This document shows, piece by piece, positions 57,568 through 64,000 of a DNA stretch of 64,000 nt. A program made the translations under genes and the position numbers. The stretch is from an uncultured Gemmatimonadaceae bacterium. GTDB taxonomy: Bacteria > Gemmatimonadota > Gemmatimonadetes > Gemmatimonadales > Gemmatimonadaceae. A model generated the notes under the pieces. It searched no databases. It was not told the origin of the DNA and saw only the letters and a list, made by a program, of their open reading frames with translations. The DNA is taken from assembly GCA_963761305.1 (NCBI GenBank), contig CAVXGK010000001.1:96001-160000 (forward strand), read 5' to 3'. The stretch's first letter is position 1; each line of letters begins with the position of its first letter.

Positions 57568-57570
57568 ACA

Positions 57571-57792
57571 ATGCGACGACCCCAGAAAGCGTGTCCCTTC
57601 TGCGAGACGCGCGTCCGCTACATCGACTACAAGGACGACCGCACGCTCGGCCGCTTCATCACCGACCACGGAAAGATTCTTCCGAGCCGGCTGAGCGGCA
57701 CGTGCTCGCGCCACCAGCGCCAGCTCTCCACGGCGATCAAGCGCGCGCGCTACCTCGCGATCATCCCGTATACGCGGGGCCTGCAGCCGTAG
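57571..57792 (+). CDS. rpsR: 30S ribosomal protein S18 (Cys-containing form)
   Basis: 'CPFC...IDYKD...GKILP.R..GTC..HQR..AIKRAR'. Confidence 0.97.
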   Translation: MRRPQKACPFCETRVRYIDYKDDRTLGRFITDHGKILPSRLSGTCSRHQRQLSTAIKRARYLAIIPYTRGLQP

Positions 57793-57796
57793 TCCG

Positions 57797-58915
57797 ATGA
57801 CCGATCCGGCGTCGCACACGACCACGATCGAGCCACCGCCACCGCCGCCGGCCGACAGCACGGCGGTGGCGCCGCAGCCTGCGCCGTCGGAGCGAGGCTG
57901 GGGCAAGCTCTTTCTCGCCCTGGCCGCGTTCGTGTTCGTTCCGCTCCTGCCGCAGGTGCGCGCCATCCTGCCGATCGAACAGACGATGTTGCTGTTCGTG
58001 CCGGCGGTCGCCGCGTGCGCGCTCGTTGGATGGTGGGCGGGAGGCCGCGCGTTTTTCGCGATCGCGTGGGTCGCGATCGCGGTGTTGATCACGGTTCAAC
58101 CGCCGGGAATCGCCGGGCCGTTCTACAATCTGGCGCGCGGCTGGAGTCTGCTCCTCGCCGGAGCGTTTGGGCTCGTGTGCCTGCTGTCCACCGACCGGCC
58201 GTTTTTCACGCGCGCGATGGCGGCGCTGGTGATGACGCTCGGATTGGGGATCGTGATGAGCTTGATCGGTCCGGTCACGATGTCGCGCACGGCGACCGTG
58301 ATGTCCGGCGAGTTCACGCGCCGGAACGGCGACACGATGGCGTCGTTCACGTCGGTCATCCAAACGCATCCGCAGGAGTGGCGGCAGTTGGTCGACAAGA
58401 TGCCGGCGCTCGCCGAGCTGCCGTCGGACGCCGAGAAGGGGTTGGCGTCGCTCTCCGACTTGGGGCGCACGATCTTCCCGTCGCTGCTCGCGCTCGAATC
58501 GCTCGCCGCTCTCGCGCTGGCGTGGGCGACGTATCACCGTCTCAGCCGCGCGCGACTCGGCGCGCCGCTCGGCGCGCTGCGCGAATTTCGGTTCAACGAC
58601 CAACTGGTGTGGGGGCTGATCGTCGGGCTGGTGACGGTGCTCGTGCCGAGTCTCTCCGGCATGCGCGATTTCGGCGCGAACCTGCTCGTCTTTTTCGGAA
58701 CGTTGTACGCGGTGCGCGGGCTCGGCGTCCTCAACTGGTTCATGGCGCCGGGAACGCTCGGAGTCGCGATGGTCATCGGCGGGGTGCTGCTGTTCGCCCC
58801 CGTGCTTCAGGTGTTTGCCGCACTCGCCTTCATCATGCTCGCCGTCGCGGCGATCGCGCTGGGCCTCGGTGATACATGGGCCGATTGGCGCGGGCGCGCC
58901 CGGCCGACTGCATAA
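57797..58915 (+). CDS. DUF2232/YybS-like membrane protein
   Basis: Multi-TM protein between rpsR and rplI; 'GLGDTWADWR'. Confidence 0.8.
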   Translation: MTDPASHTTTIEPPPPPPADSTAVAPQPAPSERGWGKLFLALAAFVFVPLLPQVRAILPIEQTMLLFVPAVAACALVGWWAGGRAFFAIAWVAIAVLITVQPPGIAGPFYNLARGWSLLLAGAFGLVCLLSTDRPFFTRAMAALVMTLGLGIVMSLIGPVTMSRTATVMSGEFTRRNGDTMASFTSVIQTHPQEWRQLVDKMPALAELPSDAEKGLASLSDLGRTIFPSLLALESLAALALAWATYHRLSRARLGAPLGALREFRFNDQLVWGLIVGLVTVLVPSLSGMRDFGANLLVFFGTLYAVRGLGVLNWFMAPGTLGVAMVIGGVLLFAPVLQVFAALAFIMLAVAAIALGLGDTWADWRGRARPTA

Positions 58916-58954
58916 CGTCGTCTCTCAATTCAGCACTTCGATCGGAGCTCAGTC

Positions 58955-59398
58955 ATGGAAATCATCCTTCGCCAGGCTGTCGAGAACCTCGGCAAAACGG
59001 GCGACGTCGTGAACGTGAAACCCGGTTACGCCCGCAACTATCTACTCCCGCACGGTCTCGCCTACGAAGCGACGCCCGGCAACCTCAAGCGCATCCAGCA
59101 GGAGCGTGACCGCCTCGAGGCCGCCGAGAGCGACCGCCGCGGCGTGGCACAGGGATTGGCGGAGAAGCTCGAGCAGGTATCGCTCACCTTCTCGGCGCGC
59201 GTGGGCGAGGAGGGCAAGTTGTTCGGCTCCGTGACGTCGACCGACATCGCGGCCCAGCTCGAGGCCCAGGGCTACCACATCGAGAAGCGCCAAATCGACC
59301 TGCACGAGCCGATCAAGGCGCTCGGGGTCTATCGGGTGCCGATTCGCCTGCACGCCGACGTCAAGCCGGAAGTCCGGGTCTGGGTCATTAAGCAGTAA
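58955..59398 (+). CDS. rplI: 50S ribosomal protein L9
   Basis: 'LGKTGDVVNVKPGYARNYLLP', 'GKLFGSVT'. Confidence 0.98.
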   Translation: MEIILRQAVENLGKTGDVVNVKPGYARNYLLPHGLAYEATPGNLKRIQQERDRLEAAESDRRGVAQGLAEKLEQVSLTFSARVGEEGKLFGSVTSTDIAAQLEAQGYHIEKRQIDLHEPIKALGVYRVPIRLHADVKPEVRVWVIKQ

Positions 59399-59399
59399 G

Positions 59400-59599
59400 T
59401 CGGGTGGACCGGTAGACCGGTGGACCGGTGGGCCGGAACACGACGCGTTGAGGCGAACGGCGTGGCACGTTGCCACGCCGTTCGCGTTCAGATGATCGAA
59501 CTCGTTCTACCCTTCTCGAGAACGGCCGTTATCCTACCAATGGCAGGGGTGTCGGGGGTCTACCTGTCTACCCGTCCACCCGTCCACCCGTCCACCCGA
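59400..59599. repeat. 200-bp intergenic element with terminal inverted arrays of an 8-bp unit (MITE/REP-like)
   Basis: Left TCGGGTGGAC-CGGTAGAC-CGGTGGAC; right ...GTCTACCC-GTCCACCC-GTCCACCC-GTCCACCCGA. Confidence 0.6.
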
Positions 59600-59623
59600 A
59601 AACGGAGCGTCGACCGGACCTTC

Positions 59624-59995
59624 ATGCCAGTAACTTCGTCAACCCTTGGCTCGCTCGCGGCAGCGCAGCGCGCGGCGCAGATCGCCATCGACAGCAAAGC
59701 GCGGGATGTAGTTCTTCTGGATTTACGCGGCCTCACCGACATGACGGATTTCTTTTTGATCGCGAGCGGAACCTCGGACACGCACGTGCGGTCTCTCGGT
59801 GAGCACCTGATGGCGGGGCTGAAGAAGGAGGGCTGGCCGGCCCATCACGTCGAAGGATTGGAGAAGGGACGGTGGGTGCTGCTGGACTTCGTCGACATCG
59901 TGGCGCACGTGTTCCATCCGACGTTGCGAAACTTCTATCAACTCGAGCGCTTGTGGGCCGACGCCGAGCAAATTCCGCTGGAGACGGGCGCCTAG
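59624..59995 (+). CDS. rsfS: Ribosome silencing factor
   Basis: 'KARDVVLLDL', 'DFFLIASGTS..HV', 'WVLLDF.DIVAHVF', 'FYQLERLW'. Confidence 0.96.
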   Translation: MPVTSSTLGSLAAAQRAAQIAIDSKARDVVLLDLRGLTDMTDFFLIASGTSDTHVRSLGEHLMAGLKKEGWPAHHVEGLEKGRWVLLDFVDIVAHVFHPTLRNFYQLERLWADAEQIPLETGA

Positions 59996-60018
59996 CGCGC
60001 ACCGTTGGTGATGGCACG

Positions 60019-63000
60019 ATGGCGCGCCGGATCCTGGCGGGGCTCGGCCTCGCACTAGGCGCACTAGGCGCGCTGTGCGGCGCCGCCGGCGCGGCGCACG
60101 CCCAGAACTACTTCGGCCAGAATCAAGTCCAGTACGACAACTTCAAGTGGCTGGTTCTGGATACCGAACACTTCCAGATCTACTACTACCCCGAGGAGCG
60201 CCAGGCGACGTGGGACGCCGCGCGCATGGCGGAGCGCGCGTACGCGCGCTTGTCGCGCGTGCTGGATCATCAGTTCCGCGAGAAGAAGCCCATCATGCTC
60301 TTCTCGTCGCGCGCCGACTTCGGGCAGAACAACGTCACCGGCGATCTCGGCGAAGGCACCGGCGGCGTCACCGAAGCGACACGGCACCGCATGCTGGTGA
60401 ACTTCACCGGCGACTATCGCAGCTTCGAGCACGTCCTCACGCACGAGATGGTGCACGCCTTCCAGTACGACATCTTCGCGCACGGCAAGGCGGGCAACGG
60501 GCTCGAGTCGCTGTCTCAGGTGTCGCCGCCGGCCTGGTTCATGGAGGGCATGGCGGAGTATTTGTCGCTGGGCCCCAACAGCACGATCACCAACGTGTGG
60601 ATGCGCGACGCGTCGCTCTTCGGCAAGCTGCCGACGATCAAGGAAATGAGCGACGACCCGGACAAGTATTTCCCGTATCGCTTCGGCCAGTCGCTGTGGG
60701 CCTTCGTCGGCCAGAAGTTCGGCGACGAGACGATCGGTCAGATCATGAACTCCGTGCCGACGGTCGGCATCGAGCGCGCGTTCATCCGCGAGCTCGGCGT
60801 GAACCTCGACGATCTCGGCGACCAGTGGCGCGAAGACGTCCAGACGCGAATGCTCCCGTCGATCGGCGTGACCGACCGGCCGCGAAAATTCGCGACGGCG
60901 TTGCTCAACAAGAAAATGAGCGACGGCGACATCTTCCTCGCGCCGACCCTGTCGCCCGACGGCCACACGATCGCGTTCCTCTCGAACGGCAAGGTGCGGC
61001 GCGGCGAGGTGTTCATCGACCTGTGGCTGGGCGACGCCGAAACAGGCAAGCGCACGGCGCATCTCATCCGCAGCGAGTACGACCCGAACTTCGAGGAGCT
61101 GCGATTCCTCTACTCGCAGTGCGCGTTCTCGCCCGACGGGCAGCAACTGGCGTTCACCGCGCAACGGCGCGGCAAGGACGTCCTCTACGTGCTGGACATC
61201 CGATCGCGAAAGACGCGCCGGTTCAACCTCGCGCTCGAATCGGTGGCCGGGCCCACCTGGTCGCCGGACGGATCGCGGATCGCGTTCAGCGGCGGGACCG
61301 GCGGTATCACGGATCTCTACGTGGTCAACCGCGACGGCACGGGATTCCGACGGCTCACCAACGACCGGTTCGGCGATTTTCAGCCGCAGTGGTCGCCCGA
61401 CGGCCGCACCATCGCGTTCGCGACCGATCGCGATTCGGCGAGCTTCGCGCTGCTGCGGTTCAATCCCTGGCGCATCGCGCTGCTCGACGTCGCATCCGGC
61501 GCGATCAGCGTCGTGCCGGGGCAAGCCGGGTTGAACCTCAATCCACAGTGGGCGCCCGACGGACGGTCGATCGCGTACGTCTCCGATCGGAACGGGACGC
61601 CGAACATCTTCCTCTACGACCTCGACGCCCGCCTGCATTACCAACTGACGAGCGTCACCGGGGCGGTACAGGCCGTGACGGAGTTCAGTCCGGCGATCAC
61701 GTGGGCGCGTGAGGCCGACCGGCTCGCGTTCACCTATTTCGAGAACGGCGAGTACACGGTGTGGTCGGTCGCCAACCCGCGCGGGCTGCGAAAGGCGCCG
61801 TATCGCGATCTGCAGCAACTCGCGTTCGCGAATGCCTCACAGGCGTCGATCGCGCCGCCGACGACGCCCGACGACAGCCTCACGCGCTCGGTATCGCTCG
61901 TCGCGCTGCTCGATTCCTCGGAGCTCGGGCTGCCGGATACGACGCGCTTCCACGTCGCGCCCTACCGCGTGCGGCTCACGCCCGACTTCTCGGCGCGGCC
62001 GACGATCGCCTACTCGCCCGATGCTGTCGGCGGCCGCACTGTGTTCGGCGGCACGACGCTCGTGATGAGCGACATGCTCGGCAACAATCATTTGGCGGTG
62101 GCAGGAGAGATCAACGGCCGCATTCGCGAAGCCGCCGCGCTGCTGGGCTACACGAACCTCGGCCATCGCTGGCAGTTCACGACGGCGCTGTCGCAGCAGC
62201 CGTACTACTTCCTGTCGGCCGACTCGCTCGCCAACACGCTCGATCCGGACGTCGCCAAGGAAAACCAGCAGATCACGACCTACGTCGCGCGCCAGGCGTT
62301 CGCCGTCACGGCGTACCCGCTCGATCGGTTCACGCGCATCGAGTTCGGCGCCGGGTTCAACAACATCGACCGCACGCGCGACTTCATCACGCGGCAGGTC
62401 ACCGACGGCGTCGTCGCCGGCGGCTACTCGATGGACAGCACGCACCGCGACCCGTCGCTCAACTACATCGACGGCCAGGTGGCGCTCGTCTCGGACAACA
62501 CGCTGTTCGGCTACACCGGCCCGGTGATGGGACGGCGTTTCCGTCTCCAGGTGAGTCCCGTGACCGGCGCGTACCACTGGGTCGAGTATCTCGCCGACTA
62601 TCGCCGCTACGATCCGGTCATCTTCAACTATCTCACGCTGGCGACGCGCGCCTACGCCGACCTGTCGGTTGGAAAAGACGAAACAGCGTTTGAGAAATAC
62701 ATCGCCCGGCCGGACTTCGTGCGCGGGTACGACCGCAACAGCACCTTCTACCTCTCCTGCCCCGTCGTTGGCGCGAACCCGACCAACTGCAGCGCCGTCC
62801 AGCTGCTCGGCAGCCGAGTCGCGGTGGCGAACGCGGAGCTCCGGTTCCCGCTCATTCGGCGGCTCGAGTTGGGGTTCCTCCCTGGCGCGCTCCCGCCCCT
62901 CGATGGACTTTTCTTCTACGACGCCGGTCTCGCATGGTCGCACGGCCAATCAGTTTCGCTTTCGCAGCCGGCAGGCTACGATGTGAGCAAGGATCGGATT

Positions 63001-63135
63001 CCGCTCCGCAGCTACGGGTTCGGCCTGCGACTCAACCTGTTCAACTACGCCATTCTGCGGTGGGACTACGCGATTCCAGTGAATCAGGAAGGACACAAAG
63101 GGCTCTGGACGTGGTCACTGTGGCCGAGCTTCTGA
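60019..63135 (+). CDS. Outer-membrane protein: peptidase-MA-like domain + PD40/TolB-like propeller + Omp85-type beta-barrel
   Basis: Signal peptide; HEMVH..WFMEG; repeated WSPDG; 'VRGYD', 'NAELRFP'; terminal Phe. Confidence 0.88.
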   Translation: MARRILAGLGLALGALGALCGAAGAAHAQNYFGQNQVQYDNFKWLVLDTEHFQIYYYPEERQATWDAARMAERAYARLSRVLDHQFREKKPIMLFSSRADFGQNNVTGDLGEGTGGVTEATRHRMLVNFTGDYRSFEHVLTHEMVHAFQYDIFAHGKAGNGLESLSQVSPPAWFMEGMAEYLSLGPNSTITNVWMRDASLFGKLPTIKEMSDDPDKYFPYRFGQSLWAFVGQKFGDETIGQIMNSVPTVGIERAFIRELGVNLDDLGDQWREDVQTRMLPSIGVTDRPRKFATALLNKKMSDGDIFLAPTLSPDGHTIAFLSNGKVRRGEVFIDLWLGDAETGKRTAHLIRSEYDPNFEELRFLYSQCAFSPDGQQLAFTAQRRGKDVLYVLDIRSRKTRRFNLALESVAGPTWSPDGSRIAFSGGTGGITDLYVVNRDGTGFRRLTNDRFGDFQPQWSPDGRTIAFATDRDSASFALLRFNPWRIALLDVASGAISVVPGQAGLNLNPQWAPDGRSIAYVSDRNGTPNIFLYDLDARLHYQLTSVTGAVQAVTEFSPAITWAREADRLAFTYFENGEYTVWSVANPRGLRKAPYRDLQQLAFANASQASIAPPTTPDDSLTRSVSLVALLDSSELGLPDTTRFHVAPYRVRLTPDFSARPTIAYSPDAVGGRTVFGGTTLVMSDMLGNNHLAVAGEINGRIREAAALLGYTNLGHRWQFTTALSQQPYYFLSADSLANTLDPDVAKENQQITTYVARQAFAVTAYPLDRFTRIEFGAGFNNIDRTRDFITRQVTDGVVAGGYSMDSTHRDPSLNYIDGQVALVSDNTLFGYTGPVMGRRFRLQVSPVTGAYHWVEYLADYRRYDPVIFNYLTLATRAYADLSVGKDETAFEKYIARPDFVRGYDRNSTFYLSCPVVGANPTNCSAVQLLGSRVAVANAELRFPLIRRLELGFLPGALPPLDGLFFYDAGLAWSHGQSVSLSQPAGYDVSKDRIPLRSYGFGLRLNLFNYAILRWDYAIPVNQEGHKGLWTWSLWPSF

Positions 63136-63181
63136 CGGCCCCGCACGTTCCACGCGCGCTCACTCCGCCTCCACGGCGGAC

Positions 63182-64000
63182 ATGACGGCGTCGGCGACAG
63201 AGCGCGGATTCGACTGGGAAGCCGCCGGGCGGGGTCTCGGCGAGTCGCTCAACCTCCACCACTCGATCGTGGTCGTCGGCCACGACGCGGAGCACGCCGG
63301 CCAGATCGCGCTCGGGATCGGGCTCGCGCAGTCGGCGCATCGTCGCGTGTCGATCGGCGACCTGTTCGCCGACTCGCCGCCGCTCAAGCGGCTCGTCGTC
63401 GACGACGACGCGCACGGACTCATCGAGGCCATCTCGTACGGGATCTCGCTGTCGCGCGTCGCGCGCGCGGTGTCCGGGTCGTCGCGGCTGTTCGTGATGC
63501 CGAGCGGCGCCGAGCCGCCCGACTACGAGGAGCTGTTCTCGAGCCCGCGGTGGGCCCGCGTCGCCGAGGAATTCCGCAAGGCCGACGCGCTGCTAATTCT
63601 TGTTGCACCGGCGACGGCGCGCGGGATCGCCGAGCTCGTGGCGTCGACCGACGGCGTGGTGGTCGTCGGAGACGCAATGCCGGAGGGCGTGCCCGCGTCG
63701 TCCGTCGTGGCGCTGCTGCGCGAAACGAAACCGGCCGCGCCAGCCGCGCCTCGGGAGCAGCGGGCGCCGCGTCTCGCGCCCGTCTCGCGGCGATCGTTCC
63801 GCGTCACGTCGATGCCCGGCCTGGCGTTGGTCGCGCTGATCGTGGTGCTCGTGGGATGGCTGGCCTACCGCCCACTCGCCGGCGGTCCGGCACGGCTCGG
63901 GCCCAAACCGGACACCGTGAATCGTCGCGCGATCCCTGCGCCGATCGCCGTGCAGCCCGCGAATGCCCCGGCCGACGGCGTGGACACGGCCGCCATCGAT
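63182..64000 (+). CDS. Hypothetical protein with degenerate MinD/CapB-like N-terminal domain and TM helix (3' truncated)
   Basis: Open frame from ATG 63182 to the window end; 'RVSIGDL', 'LFVMPSG', hydrophobic helix near the end. Confidence 0.6.
   Translation, partial: MTASATERGFDWEAAGRGLGESLNLHHSIVVVGHDAEHAGQIALGIGLAQSAHRRVSIGDLFADSPPLKRLVVDDDAHGLIEAISYGISLSRVARAVSGSSRLFVMPSGAEPPDYEELFSSPRWARVAEEFRKADALLILVAPATARGIAELVASTDGVVVVGDAMPEGVPASSVVALLRETKPAAPAAPREQRAPRLAPVSRRSFRVTSMPGLALVALIVVLVGWLAYRPLAGGPARLGPKPDTVNRRAIPAPIAVQPANAPADGVDTAAID

Overview
High-GC bacterial chromosome segment. Gene content and order (exosortase/EpsI, ADOP permease, DUF4159/DUF4175, rpsF-rpsR-DUF2232-rplI) suggest Gemmatimonadota; this is an inference, not verified. 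About 18-64 kb is mostly core genome: gltX, a DinG-type helicase, rsmI, trxA, mce, pdxJ, ispE, prs, rplY, pth, ychF, rpsF, rpsR, rplI, rsfS, tRNA-Ser(GCT) and tRNA-Gln(TTG). The accessory part lies at tRNA-Ser(TGA) (2946-3028). Its 3' half is repeated at 4380 (near-perfect) and at 18055 (degenerate), delimiting two tandem islands that lack a recognisable integrase. The larger island holds the best candidate for an undescribed system. A split-borosin RiPP pair (SonA-like precursor plus peptide alpha-N-methyltransferase) converges on an operon encoding a large repeat/beta-propeller protein, a single-domain class II terpene-cyclase/prenyltransferase-like enzyme and a class I isoprenoid-synthase-fold (DDxxD) enzyme, next to an ADOP-type permease. 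A second highlight is a near-exact mimic of 5S rRNA loop E in the 5' leader of rplY (L25). Several +1 frameshifts between 44.4 and 50.2 kb look like sequencing errors. All family calls come from motif recognition by eye; no database searches were run.
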